Shown piece after piece: positions 1 to 12,840 of a stretch of DNA of 64,000 nucleotides; positions within the stretch are counted from its first letter, which is position 1, and the number at the start of each line of letters is the position of its first letter. The notes beneath the pieces were generated by a model. The model saw only the letters and a program-made list of their open reading frames with translations. It was not told the origin of the DNA and made no database searches. The stretch comes from Eledone cirrhosa (Eukaryota): the NCBI GenBank assembly GCA_964016885.1, contig OZ024743.1, positions 250,046,001 through 250,110,000 of the forward strand, given 5' to 3'. A program made the position numbers and the translations under genes.

Positions 1-221
1 GACTGTTGTGTCATCGACACAGTGGACAGAACGGAAATGGGAGGATGGGGTAGGGTGTACATTAGGTTAAGAGGTGCCTACTGACTGTAGGTTTGTATGC
101 AAGGGAAGGCAGGTTCTTCTGTACAAATTAATGGCGCCAAAGATCTCGATCCAGTGACATTGTCTTAGAGAGGTGTAAGTGAGCAACGTCAGTTTTTATC
201 ACCTTGTCCCAGGTTTTTCTT
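1..221 (-). mobile_element. 3' fragment of an RTE LINE (ORF C-terminus plus 3' UTR running off the window), related to the young family
   Basis: Minus-strand translation RKTWDKVIKTDVAHLHLSKTMSLDRDLWRH* aligns with KMTWDEVIKADLTQLHLSKSMTHDRDFWRH of the 50.8-kb ORF. The 5' end abuts TG/TA repeats. Confidence 0.8.
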
Positions 222-569
222 ATGTGTGTGTATATATATACATATACATATTCATACTCATATATAATTGTCATTAGCACTAAAACAGCACTTAAGAATA
301 ATAGAGGTATATATATATAAACATATATAATAAGTTTATATACAATAAACATATGGGTTGCTTCATTGCCGAAGAAAAATATTTTTTCATAACAAAACGA
401 AAATGAAATGAAATGAAAAAAATGTTATTTTCTTCCATTTTACATTATGAATATATCATGGAGTTGGCAACTCTATGATATATTCATAGCAAAACTACCC
501 ATATTGTATATAAATTCATTGTATATGTTTATATATGTCTTCATATACACTTCTAATATATATATATGT

Positions 570-697
570 ATGAGCAAGACAAGGTCACTTGACCTGAAAT
601 TGCTCACAACAGGACATCTCTTCCACCCCATGCTAGTATGGAAAAATGGACATTAAACGATGATGATGATGATGTTGATGACAATGACGACGATGAT
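570..697 (+). mobile_element. RTE 3'-terminal fragment with (GAT)n tail
   Basis: gagcaagac...cacaacaggac...ccatgctagtatggaaaaatggacattaaacgatgatgat matches the LINE 3' end at 35374-35479. Flanked by TA repeats. Confidence 0.8.
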
Positions 698-698
698 A

Positions 699-768
<70 letters not shown>

Positions 769-821
769 TAATGACAGAGAGAATTGGTGTAGATTACATT
801 GGGTAGTGCTAAAAATATAAT

Positions 822-1016
822 TGTTTCTACTATTGGCATAAGGCCAGCAATTACCCAGTAGATTACTGGTACTTTATTTTATCGACCCCGTAAGGATGAA
901 AGGCAAAGTTAACGTCGGCAGGATTTGAACTCAGAATGGCAAGGGCCGTAACTCTATGTGTCAAAGCATGGCGTCTGACCCTCTACCGATACTGTCAATT
1001 CACCGCCCTTTTCCCC
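822..1016 (-). mobile_element. tRNA-derived SINE (family A), flanked by a long direct duplication
   Basis: Minus strand shows an A-box-like TGACAGTATCGG, a B-box GAGTTCAAATCC and a central GCCTTTCATCCTTACGGGGTCGATAAAATAAAGTACCAG segment. Homologous copies at 8701, 26928 and 28665. Confidence 0.85.
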
Positions 1017-1055
<39 letters not shown>

Positions 1056-1179
1056 ATGACAGAGAGAATTGGTGTAGATTACATTGGGTAGTGCTAAAGA
1101 TATAATGCCAGAACATGTATATAATTTTGTGAAATTCCAGAACACCAGATCTCTCCTTGGATTCTTTTCAGTACATTAA

Positions 1180-2142
1180 TAACACCAACACTGCCATCTA
1201 ACACCAACATCACCAATACCAACACCACCAACACCAACACCGACACTAACACCAACACTGCCACCCAACACCAACATCACCAACATCACCAATACCAACA
1301 CTACCACCCGCCACCAATACCACCACCACACAACATGAAGAATGCCAACACTGATACTGCTACCACCACCACCACAAACCACCTAACACCATCAACACTG
1401 CTACCCAACATCAACACTAATGCACCAACACTGCCACCCACCCCCACCACCATCACCATCACCATCATCGCAAACCACCTAACACCATCAACACTGCTAC
1501 CCCCCCACACACACACTGCCCCCCCACACACCACCATCACCATCATCACAAACCACCTAACACCATCAATGCTGCTACCCAACACCAACACCAATGCCCC
1601 CAATACTGCCCCCTCCCTCATCACCATCATCACAAACCACCTAACACCATCAACCCTGCACTACCCAACACCAACACCACCATCACCAACACAGATACTA
1701 CCATTCCACACCATCACCACCAACCACCAAACAGCAGCACTAATCTATGTGACTTCCATAACCAAATATATATATATGACATTGTTCAGGATAAGTTGTC
1801 TTTCTTGTCTTTATCAGCTACAATCTGGAAGCTTCTGTTTGTTTTCACCACCATCATTACTATCACTACCATTACAACAAACATCACCACTATCACAATT
1901 ACAACCACTATCATCAACACCACTATCACCTCCTCCACCTCCACCATCACTACCAACACCACCTCCACCACTACTGCTACCAACACCACCACCATCACCA
2001 ACAACACCGCCACCACCAGTAACAACGATAGCACCACCCCCAACACTACCAACTCTATCAACACCACAACCATTACCACCAACACCACCACCAATAACAA
2101 CAATACCCCCACCACCACCATCACTACCACCAACGCCACCAC
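1180..2142. repeat. CAC/CAA/ACC-rich low-complexity region with an internal degenerate tandem unit (caccatcatcacaaaccacctaacaccatcaac)
   Basis: Direct inspection. The unit recurs at about 1370, 1465, 1550 and 1630. Confidence 0.9.
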
Positions 2143-2506
2143 TTTGGTAATTGGATATAATGCATATTTAACTGGAATTATTGATTTTTATCATGTATTG
2201 TCATAGTGGCTTTTACACAGATTATTTTCCTCCCAACAAGCGAAAAGCACGGAAAAATTCTTTCTCTTCAACGTACTCAGTGATGCCGAGATGTGTACCA
2301 ATCACTGAAGTAGCGATCTTGATCGTTTCCGAAACTATGTGAGTGAAAAGGGCAGAGGTTATAGGTGTCAGGAGACAGTTCAAAGCTATCATGCTGATTA
2401 CTTATATATAATCTTTTGTTCACTTTTCAAAAAGACATATTTTCTACATTTCTGCATTTCTCTTTCTTGCAGGATTGAAAGTTAAAGCTAAACATAAATT
2501 TTGTCT

Positions 2507-2580
<74 letters not shown>

Positions 2581-3712
2581 TGTATGTATGTATGTATGTA
2601 TGTATAGGTATGTATGTATGTATATATATATGTATACATATATGATGATGATATATATATATATATATTATTGTATATTTTCTTATATATTTATTTTTCT
2701 ATTTTTATTTTATTTCGATTTTATTATATATTTATCATTTTTCTATTTATTTTATTTATTTTATTTCCTTCCTCACCCTCCAACACACCCTAGACTCCAC
2801 TCTACCAACCTAGTTCAATGATTGGTTGTTTTATTTCTGCTACAGTTTTTAGTCACATAATCGATTATATTGTCTTTTTCAGACAGCCATCTCTACTTTG
2901 TTTTGGACAGACGAATGTTTTTACCTATTCCACTGTTCTAATTCACATCCAAAAACTATATTCTCTCTTCCTGCTTCTATATATTCTCTTTATTCCATAT
3001 ACCATACTTTGTTCATTCTCTTATTCATTTATTCAGTTCATTGTTTTATTCTGTTACATAACAAGCTGTTTTCTTTTGAAATATTTGCATTTGCTTTTTT
3101 TTTAATCTAATGAGCAGCTATATTTCAATTAACTAATCTTATTGTAGTTATCTCCCCTGCTTCTTGTTCTTTGCATTTTTAGAGACAGTTTTTGTTTTAT
3201 AATTGTTTAGATAATCCCAGGTGGTCAAACTTTTTTCAACTAGAATATAGAGTTGAAAATAAAATATATATTAAAAATAGTCAACTAAGGTGGATTCATT
3301 ATACATTACCATTTGAGAAAGAAAAAATTGTATTGAGACACCAGCGAGAATCAAACTAGCCATCTGCCTTAAGCTGGATGTCAGTGATAGCCATTACACA
3401 ACATCAGCCTATTCACTGCTTAAATTGGGGTTTTACCATTTGACTAGAAAAAAACAAAACCTATAAGTGTACAAATAAATTCAGCAGACTATTATCATCA
3501 TCCTCATCCTTTTCCATGAGAGTTACTATATGAATTGTAGCAGTATTTCACATCTAAAACAAATAAAATTTAAATTTCAAATGCCACACACACACATATA
3601 TATAAGAAGGGTTTATGCCCAAAACGTCGTTCCCCATCACCCCACGCACAAGAGCGTGAACCTAATAAACCTTTATTTGTCTGCCTCTCTGTTTTGTTCC
3701 TGTCCAAATTTG

Positions 3713-3771
<59 letters not shown>

Positions 3772-4361
3772 TTATATATATATGTGTGTGTATATATATA
3801 TATATATATAAAATCATCATTTTTACATCTGCTTTCCATGCTAACACGTTGAATGGGTTGAAACAATTTCATGTTGCTCATATGTTCATATTTGGCACAT
3901 ACATATATATCCATTATCATACAAGTTTAGCAATGTCTACCTTACCATTATTTTACTACATTTACTATTGTTACTATTATTGGTTTCATTATTAATTTAT
4001 CAATTAATTAATTAATTAATTAATTAGTTATTTAGATAATAGCAAAATCTTCTGCAATATAAACACAAAATAAAAACAGAAAAATGTATAACAAAACCCC
4101 AACAAAACCTAATAAATGAATCAAACATTGAATTAAAACTACTTTGTGAAAGAATGTAAAAAGCCAGCATATCAGAAAGGTTAACTGGTTGTAGTTGTTT
4201 ACTGTTTTATCTGAATATCGGCAAATCTGGGAGGATTAGGAAAATCCGTTTAGCATTAAAGATAAAAAAAATATTAAGTGAGGATTTCGCTGTCTGTTAT
4301 TTAGGCATTGAGTATAATATACACAAAAAAGACACCACCATCTTCTGTACTTGAAACAGTG

Positions 4362-4408
<47 letters not shown>

Positions 4409-5089
4409 GAGAGGTAGAATATATTTCATTGACACAGCTACCTCTAGATCTGTCAATCACCATTGTTATCACCATAAAAAGTATGTATGTATAAAAAGAT
4501 TGGATGTACTCCTTGACAGAGCTACTTTTGGATTAGTCACTCATCATCATCATCATGATTATCATTGTCATCATATCTACACCTGTTTAACCAAGCTTGC
4601 ATAGATTGGGAGGAGAGTTTTAGAAGCAGGTATTCTAGAGCCAGATACACTTCCTAATGCCAACCCATAGCTTATTTTAAGTATGCTTCATATCAATGAC
4701 ATTCACTGAACCACTACAACTATAAAATTGATCCATATATGCATAAGAGGAGTGAAGATAAGGTGGAAAAATCTGAGGCTTACAAAAACTGACAGATAAC
4801 TAAGTTTTAAACTGTTGCAGAAGAATTGTGTCAGAGGCGCAATTGTCACAGAGTCACAATAAAAATTTTGATACCTCTTGAAATAAATTAAATAAATATA
4901 GCAGGTTTTGTATGCTTTTTTCAATGGCTAAATGTTCTTGCATTGACAAGTTTAGCTAATTAATATGTGTTATTAGAAAAAAATCTGCTAATCAATGTGT
5001 AAATGAAATATTTTAAACTTTGATATCAAAGTTGTATCATTTAGAACAACAGCCAGTACAATATCTAATTATATATACAAATTAGTTGA

Positions 5090-5305
5090 TTCATCATCAT
5101 CGTTGATTAATGTCTATCTTCCATGCTAGCATGGGTTAAATGGGTTTGTCCCATGTAGAGGCAAGTTGGGTCGGGTGACTGTGTCTCGCTCATATAGGAG
5201 TGTTTCTGGCTGGTTTTCTATGGCTGGATGCCCTTCCTAATGCAACCACATTTACAGTGTGTGCTGGGTGCTTTTTGCCATGTCTTTTACACATCCACTT
5301 TGTGT
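5090..5305 (-). mobile_element. Diverged RTE-type 3' end / SINE tail
   Basis: catcatcatc...ttccatgctagcatgggtt...tttctatggctggatgcccttcctaatgc...tttacagtgtgtgctgggtgctttttgcc is homologous to 50544-50800. Confidence 0.8.
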
Positions 5306-5861
5306 TGGTAACTAGATAGCAGATTTGTGAGAGACATTTGAACACCTTACAAGATACACAAAAAGTGAATATAACATGTTTGTGTGTGTGTGTGTGTGTT
5401 TAATGGCTCAAATTGACTCTGCCACAATATACTTGCTTCAGCTTCAACACATATATTCATATTAAGTCACTTACAAGACATACAATTCTGAGTAATTAAA
5501 AGCAGTTACCATATTTCTAATGAAATACACTGCCTGTGTTTCAATAATGGAAAATTTTGAGGAATTTAGTAATATAGCTTACAATTTTCATTAAACTGGT
5601 GTTTGAAACATATAACAAAGTTCATATATTAAATTATATTAGATTTTAATATAAGCATAAACACTTCAAAACAGGTAATTTTGTATCATAACCCCAAAGA
5701 TGATTTTAAGCATCTTTTTAATGAAAATCACATGCCTATGATTTTCAAATCATTTTGAAAATATTAGAAATATAATTAACTTTCTAATTAAATCAATGTT
5801 TATGGTATAGCTTAATAAAGGTTCTTACATAAAATTATGAAGGAAGATTTTTAAATAAATA

Positions 5862-6030
5862 AAGAGACCAAGACGGACATGGGCAAAAGTTGTAAGAGCT
5901 GATCTCAAATTGCTGAAGCTCTCAAAAGAGTTGATAAAGGATCACAGTGAGTAGAGAGTAGCTCTGCTGGAAACCAGCCATTCAACACATGCAAGTATGA
6001 AAAAAACAACATAATACCATGATGATGATG
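5862..6030 (+). mobile_element. Old RTE 3' fragment (short-3'UTR subfamily)
   Basis: agaccaagacggacatgggcaaaagttgtaagagctgatctc (RP..TW..VV.ADL-like), followed by catgcaagtatg and a GAT tail. Confidence 0.65.
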
Positions 6031-6409
6031 ACAAACACTTTAAAGTAAACAACTTTGAATCATCAAACCAGGTGTAGTTTCAGATGGATTGGTATCAATG
6101 GCTATAAATAATATGTATATCAGAAATATGTGAAATAAGACGAAGCCTCAAACCATAATCTCCAAATTATGAGAAACCTGTAAGATATTACTCAGTATTT
6201 GAAACATTTAAATTCATCTTAATCCTAGATTTGAACCACAACTTACTATTAATAAGAGATTTAGATAATAAATAATATATCTAAGAGCCTAATGAATTTT
6301 ACCTGTAAATACATCTAAACTGTTTAAATATCTTCCTTTTAGCCTCCTTTCCTTTCTCTCTTTCTTAATACACACACACCCATACACACACACCCATACA
6401 CACACACAC

Positions 6410-6477
<68 letters not shown>

Positions 6478-6599
6478 TTATATATATGTGTGTATGTATA
6501 TATTATATATACATACACCCACATACTCACATATATATAGATTATATATATATACACCCACACACTCACGCACACATATACATATATATGATATATATA

Positions 6600-6679
<80 letters not shown>

Positions 6680-7194
6680 TTTACAAATATTAAATGCTAT
6701 GCTAATTGCAATTAGTAAAATTATATTCAAATCTTTTTTTCTGATTTATCAAATGAATCCCACAATTAAAATATACACATAACCTCATAGATGCACATGC
6801 ACAAATATATCTATATCTATCTCTCTCTCTCTATATATATATATATTTTTAAAAATCCAATGTCAATAAATACACCAGGATTTTTTCATTCTGACGATTG
6901 AAAGCAAAATTTGTTTGCTTTTAAGAAACCACTGGTAAATGAAATAATTGCCTTATGTTATTTATTACATAACTATTAAGTTCTGTAACCTACATAGAGC
7001 ACCCTTTTTTCCTGAACCTTTCCGACGGAATTACTTCACACATATATATATATATATATATATACACATACACACACACACATATACATATATATAAACA
7101 TAAGCTTGGAGATGGCCCTTAACATATGCAAGTTTCTATTTATGTTTTAACTGTAATTTTATACAGTAAATCTCTCCAAATGTGTAATTTTCAT

Positions 7195-7500
7195 CTCAGT
7201 ACATCTTAGTAACATAATACTAAAACTTAGTACATTTTCGTAATTTAGTCCTAAATTTCAGTTCCTCATAGTTACAGTCCTAAACCTCAGTCAACTATAG
7301 TAACATTGTCATAAGTCTCAGTAAATCACAGTAATTTAGTCCCAATCCCAGTATATCTAAGTAACATAATACTTAATTTCAGTAAACCATAGTAAACAGT
7401 CCTAAATCTCAGTACATTATAACAACATTGTCCTAAACCACAGAACATCTTAGTAACATAGTTATAAATCTTAGTACAACTTAGTAACATAGTTCATAAC
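7195..7500. repeat. Degenerate ~30-bp minisatellite (cagtacatcttagtaacatagtcctaaatct-like), ~10 units
   Basis: Periodic recurrence of cagta...agtaa...gtcctaaa. Confidence 0.8.
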
Positions 7501-7677
7501 ATACACATCTATTACAGATGTGCAGAAATGACATGTATACATAATGTATTCATATGACTGTCATAAATATCATCTGAAAATAAAATCTCCACTCAGCCAC
7601 ACATATGTATGCATATATATATCTGAATGAAACAGTACTAGTCCTGTAGAAGCTCCTTCTATAAAATAAAATAAATA

Positions 7678-7708
<31 letters not shown>

Positions 7709-7969
7709 TTCACGCAATAGAGATGAGTCCATCAAAGAATCTATCAAAGCAACGAGTGTGTGAATGAGTGTGTGTGTCTATATATATATATATGTGTGTA
7801 CACATACATGCATTCATATATATATATATACTGAATATAATTGCTCTCTCATTACCCTTTTGGACCAGAGAGGTTGTCCTGCTAAAAAATTTATTATCAC
7901 AAAAAAGCCACTGGATTTAAGAAGGTTACTGGGTCATCACATCATTATCATTATTATTATCATTATCAT

Positions 7970-8013
<44 letters not shown>

Positions 8014-8507
8014 TTGTTATTCCTTTTGATGTGGTGTGTCAGTTAATATATTGAGAGATATGTACAATGTCAGATTTAATCAAAACTACCATCTACTACA
8101 TATAACTACATAAAACTACATAAAACTACATCTACTACATAAAACTACCATCTACTACATACAACAACAATAGCTGACACAATCTACCTCAGCAGTTAAA
8201 CTGAAAATGGACACAACTTTCCCACCAAATCTCTTGGCAGATTTACACACTATAAAGAATCATATTTGCATTTACATGAGTGACAATATGTGTGTATGAG
8301 TGTCTGTGTGATATGTATTTTGTATGTTTCTGCATATATCATCATCATCATTGTTTGTACAATGAATATTCTAAGCTGGCATGGGTTGGACATGACTTTT
8401 TGAGGCAACATTTTACAGCTGGATCGTCTTTTTGCCACCAGAACCTTTTTGGTGTTTCTTATGAAGTACCTAATCTAAACTCGATACACACACACATACA
8501 TGTATTA

Positions 8508-8643
8508 GTTTATGTTATGCAGAGTTTGCTTTGCAACCACCCATAGGTTATTTTTTGTTCAATTCTGCAGTGTGGCACCTTGGATTAGTGTCTTCTATCA
8601 ACTATAGCCTTGTCTTGAGTAATAAATTGAGTGGATTTTGGTA
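8508..8643 (+). mobile_element. Degenerate tRNA-derived SINE (family C)
   Basis: ttgctttgcaaccacc...gtgtggcaccttgg...gtgtcttctatc...ctatagcc...gagtggattttggta is homologous to 25487, 49148 and 63105. Confidence 0.6.
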
Positions 8644-8700
8644 TATATATATAGTAATAATAATAAATTTGAAGACTAAAATCCAATATATATATATAAT

Positions 8701-8874
8701 TGTTTCTACTTTTGGCACAAGGCCACAATTACCCAGTGCATTACTGGTACTTTATTTTATCGACCCCATAAGGATGAAAGGTAAAGTTAACCTCGGCGGG
8801 ATTTGAACTCAGATCATAAAGGGACGTAACTCTATGCTTCAAAGCATGGCGTCCGACCCTCTACCGATTCTGCC
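8701..8874 (-). mobile_element. tRNA-derived SINE (family A)
   Basis: A box TGGCAGAATCGG and B box GAGTTCAAATCC on the minus strand. Flanking direct repeat aatccaatatata(tatata)at at 8680-8700 and 8875-8889. Confidence 0.88.
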
Positions 8875-8894
8875 AATCCAATATATAATGATCC

Positions 8895-9478
8895 ATAGAA
8901 CTGTTAATAGATTCTGCTACTGAGGTGATCTAATTAACATTGGAGGAGGTTGTTCAGAAAGAATAGTACCTAGAATAAATACAGGATGGACAAAGTTCAG
9001 AGAGCTACTATCTCTATTGACAACAAGAGGTTTCTCTCTACAAATGAAAGGCAAGCTGTATGATGTCTGTGTTTGATATGCAATGTTACATGGGCAGTGA
9101 ATGCAGAAGATATGCAAAGGCTGGAGAGAAATGAAGCAAGCATGCTTCAATGTTAATGTGAATGAATGAAAAAGCATGAAGGAACTGATAAAAAGCTGGG
9201 TATAAAAGGAATCAAATGATGTGTGCAGGAGAGAAGACTACACTGGTACAGGCATGTAGTGTGTGTATGGATGAAGAAGTGCCAAGTAATCCAAGTGAAA
9301 GGAAGCTGCAGTAAAAGTAGGCCAAGGAAAACCTGAGAAGAGATTGTCAGAGCTGATCTTAAATTTCCAAAGCTCACAGAGGAGATGAGAAAGGATCATA
9401 ATGAGATGAGGGATATTGTGCTGGAAAAAAAAACATCCAACTCAAGCAAGCATGGAAAAGCAGATGTAAAATGATGGT
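8895..9478 (+). mobile_element. Degenerate RTE LINE 3' portion (RT motif 7 to end) with short 3' UTR
   Basis: Homology to 34580-35150 (GGGCSE, TGW.KFRELL.LL..GFSL.MKG.LYD, LERNEA.ML) with stops and frameshifts. Ends caagcaagcatggaaaagcagatgtaaaatgatg. Confidence 0.9.
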
Positions 9479-9713
9479 ATATGTATATATCATAACCAAC
9501 ATTTAATAACATCTACTTTTCCATGGGTTAGATGAGTCCTGACAAAGTCAATATTCAATCGAAGGTAGTTTTCTCATATGGGCTGGGTCTACATAATATT
9601 ATGATGGATAATATTTAGATAAATAGAAACACTTTAAAATAAAGTTTCATATTGTTGAAGTAGGAGCTGGTTCGGTTAATTTGGTATTGAAAGGATTAAG
9701 ACTGTGATTTTAG

Positions 9714-9935
9714 CCCTTTAGCATTTAAACTGGCTGTATCTGTCCAGAATTCCCTTACCTTTTTTCTGTTCAAACCGGCTATAACCGGCCACTCATACTG
9801 ATGTTTTGGTATTGTTCTCAAAATAAATAAAATTAAAACCTCATAGATTTGATATCATGTGAGATATTTATGTGAGGTAAAGCTTTTACCATGAAAATAC
9901 AATAGTAAGTATAGAGTAATGTAAATGCTAAAGGG
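9714..9935. mobile_element. MITE with 14-bp TIRs and a TTAA-type target (piggyBac-like)
   Basis: Perfect TIR CCCTTTAGCATTTA (9714-9727) / TAAATGCTAAAGGG (9922-9935), flanked by TTAG and TTAA. Confidence 0.8.
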
Positions 9936-11108
9936 TTAAGATATATTCAGCTGCTATTTACAAACAAAACAAAAACAAAATGGAGGTTCATTTAAGTTGC
10001 TAGCAATGAGAAACAAACTGAAATCAACGGGATTTGAACTCAGAGTGCAGAGAGCTAGAACAAATATTGAGTCACTTAATCAACTATTTCACAACTCCAC
10101 CAATTTGCCACCAATAAGTTTAAAATAGAAATTAAAGTAAAATGAGTGAGAATTTGAAAAAAAAACAAAACAAGGATGAGCAGGCAGTAAATGGAATGAA
10201 ATGTCAGAAATATTGAGATTAAAATCTTCAGTAAGAAGCTGTAGTTATTATGTAATTAAATAGTGGAGAGGATATGTTGAATAAGTAGTGAGCTCTGATT
10301 AGAAATAACGATTGGAATAGATAGAGAGAAGATGGTGAGAAGTGAGGAATAGGAGGAGCAGGAGTGATTAGAAAACAGACTGGAAGGAAAGGGAATGGAG
10401 TGATTGATGCTGGTGATGATGGTGGTGGTAGTGATGGTGATGAAGGTGGTGGTGGTGATGATGTAGGTAATGCTGTAACGGTGATGGTGGTGATGATGAT
10501 GATGATAATGAGGATGATGCAGGCAAGGATAATAGTGATTAATTGTAGCATTGATGCTGCTTCTGATGATTATTATTATCATGATGATGATGGCAACAGT
10601 GATTAATAGTTGAGTGGTAATGATAGAGCTGAAAAATCTAAAAGAAGTACAACAACACAACAAAAACATAGCAACAACAATAAAATGGAAAAGGATGAAA
10701 CAGTGAAAGTTCCTTTCCAAGAACTGGAGGAGTTTAAAATATTTTAATAAGGGAGTAACTTGTTGTACTAAAGCAGAAGCAAGAGAGGAGTGGGCACTAA
10801 TTTGAAAGCATTTATCATGAAAACCCCTACACTAATTTGAGGGCATTTATCATGAAAACCCCTACTCAGTCATCATATCACATGAAAAAAAATCTTTCTC
10901 TCTCCAGCATCTTGTATGATCCCACAGGACTATTTAATAACATGGTACAGACAACATTGAAGAAACATAAAGAATTTTTAAATTCTTTCAACTAATTTTT
11001 GTTTCAATACAAGATATTTATTAATGCTATTAATTAAATTTTCAAAAAATAATTAAATCTGAAAGAAAATAAATTATATTGAGATAGTAGTGAAAAGAAG
11101 TTCTTTAA

Positions 11109-11330
11109 CCCTTTCGTGACCATATTTTTAATGAAATACACTGTATTTGAATAAATTAATGAAGAATTTAGAAGGATTTAATAAAATTATTAAAGATTAC
11201 ATAATTTAGATGGTTTTGGTGACATAGCAAAATTATGTCGGAAGGTTTTGATTTAAATAGGAACCCTTTAAATTGGTGGCTTTGTTTCATAGAACAAGAG
11301 CTGGTTTTGTGTGGGCTGGTATTAAAAGTG
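11109..11330. mobile_element. Representative of an abundant ~220-250-bp TTAA-flanked MITE-like family (other copies near 5500-5860, 14840-15250, 26777-27390, 37570-38350, 43857-44099, 56205-56450)
   Basis: ttaa-ccctttcg...aaaagtg-ttaa termini. Shared internal motifs (ccatatttctaatgaaatacactg; aaacaccag.ttaataatgagaaag; aatatggtaatgaaagggttaa) recur in either orientation. Confidence 0.7.
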
Positions 11331-11369
11331 TTAATGAGAATATCATTTATATTATTATATCATTAGTAG

Positions 11370-11868
11370 CATTTAATTTCTTTTCCATGCTTGCATGGGT
11401 TAGATAGACAGTCATGTACTAAGGTTTGACCGGTCAGATGACAAGATCTTGCTCATATGCTCCATTTTGGCTTGGTTTTCTATGGCTGGATAGTCTTCCT
11501 AATGACAGTCATTTTACAGAGTGTACTAGGAACATTTTACTGTGACTCTAACACTACCATTTTACAGGGTGGACTGGGTCCTTTTTGCCATGACATACAC
11601 ACTATCACCATATAGGGTAGACTAGGAGCATTTTATTGTGACTCAGGATGGACAGGATGCTTTTTGTTATGGCATAAGTACTAGCGTTATACACAGTAGA
11701 CTAGGTGTTTTTATTGTGACTAGCACTAATAGCTTACAGTGGGGACTGGGTGCTTTTGTTTTGACTCCAGTCCTACTATTTTTCAGGGTGGACTGGATGC
11801 TTTTTTGTCATAACACCAGTACAGACACTTTACAAGGTGGACTAGATGAATTTATTGTGGCACCAGCT
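11370..11868 (-). mobile_element. RTE-type 3' end whose ~47-bp 3'UTR unit is expanded to ~8 tandem copies
   Basis: ttttccatgcttgcatgggttagat...tttctatggctggatagtcttcctaatg, followed by repeated tttacag.gtggactgggtgc.ttt...gtg.cac units (11510-11868). Confidence 0.8.
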
Positions 11869-12436
11869 CTATCTCATTATAACACAAGGGTGCTTGTTGA
11901 GTTGAAGTGGTTCTTGTGCTATGGAATATGTTGGTTTTGAAACAGAACAGAAATTCAGAATGAGAACCTGGATCACTAATCCCCTGACTCTTATGGTATG
12001 GTAAGGGTGATGTCGTGATATATGATGGGTTCTGGGCTTTTTAATCCAGGTTGGACCACAGAGTGTTTGAGAGAGAGAAAGAGAGTGGAGTTAGGAGCAA
12101 GTGGGCTGAGGGGGGGGGGGGGAGAAGGGGGAGAAGAGGAATCAACCCCAATAATAGACTAGTATGTTGTTTATCAATCCTGAAATGATGAAGGTCAAAG
12201 TTAGTTGGAGAGGATTTGAACTCATTGCACAAAGAGCTAGAATGAATACCCAAAATAAGCTTCATATACATCACGAGGCCCTTTTTAAGGCAATATTTTA
12301 CACCCAGATTTGTTCTTTGGCACCAGTCCTTTTAGTTACCCTCTACAACTCACAGGAATACTGTGTACCTATTGCAAACTGGATACACACAGGATAGTCT
12401 ATATGTATCTGTATGTATGTATGTATCTGTGTATAT

Positions 12437-12840
12437 GACCCCTTAGCCTTTGTCAAGGCAGAATTCTAGGAGAAGGAAAACTCTGATATAACACCTGCAA
12501 CCCTGATGGTTTCCAATGATGTTGACTTGTTCTTCTTTTTGGTAAATATCATCTTGGTTAAGAGAGTGGGACTGGCTTTGTGCAGTGCCTTTGCTCACTA
12601 TAAAAGCTTCACGGCACAGGCATTGTTTTATATCTGGAGATCTCTCTGCACTTGTCGTCACATGGTACCATGGGCCCAGCACTATGTGTCAATAATTGTC
12701 ACAAGTGTAGTGTTTGTACCAGAGTTTTCAAGTCGCTGGCTGGACTAAAAAGTCACAATTGTTCAGCGCATTGGTAGGGGTTCTCCTACATGGATATAAA
12801 GTAGTGGCTGTACTCGAAAACGAGTTGGCAGCCACCATCT
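12437..12840 (+). mobile_element. Internally deleted (bipartite) RTE-like non-autonomous element with a C-terminal C2H2 remnant
   Basis: 5' ctaggagaaggaaaactctga motif (12466-12486). Frame 12691-12777 encodes CSVCTRVFKSLAGLKSHNCSAHW*. Terminal stem-loop GTGGCTG-ACTCG-AAAA-CGAGT-CAGCCAC. Confidence 0.65.

Noticed and set aside
1335-2206. 271-aa Pro/Thr-rich mucin-like ORF
   Set aside because: Low-complexity CAC/CAA repeats are open in several frames on both strands, with no signal peptide or exon boundaries.
4780-4878. Possible minus-strand exon (RYQNFYCDSVTIAPLTQFFCNSLKLSYLSVF) and similar weak AG/GT pairs at 13270 and 14340
   Set aside because: Splice signals are weak or common in AT-rich DNA, and the peptides are unrecognisable.
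12691-12777. Host C2H2 zinc-finger gene exon
   Set aside because: Single finger with no TGEKP linker, followed by a stop and a retroelement-type terminal hairpin.
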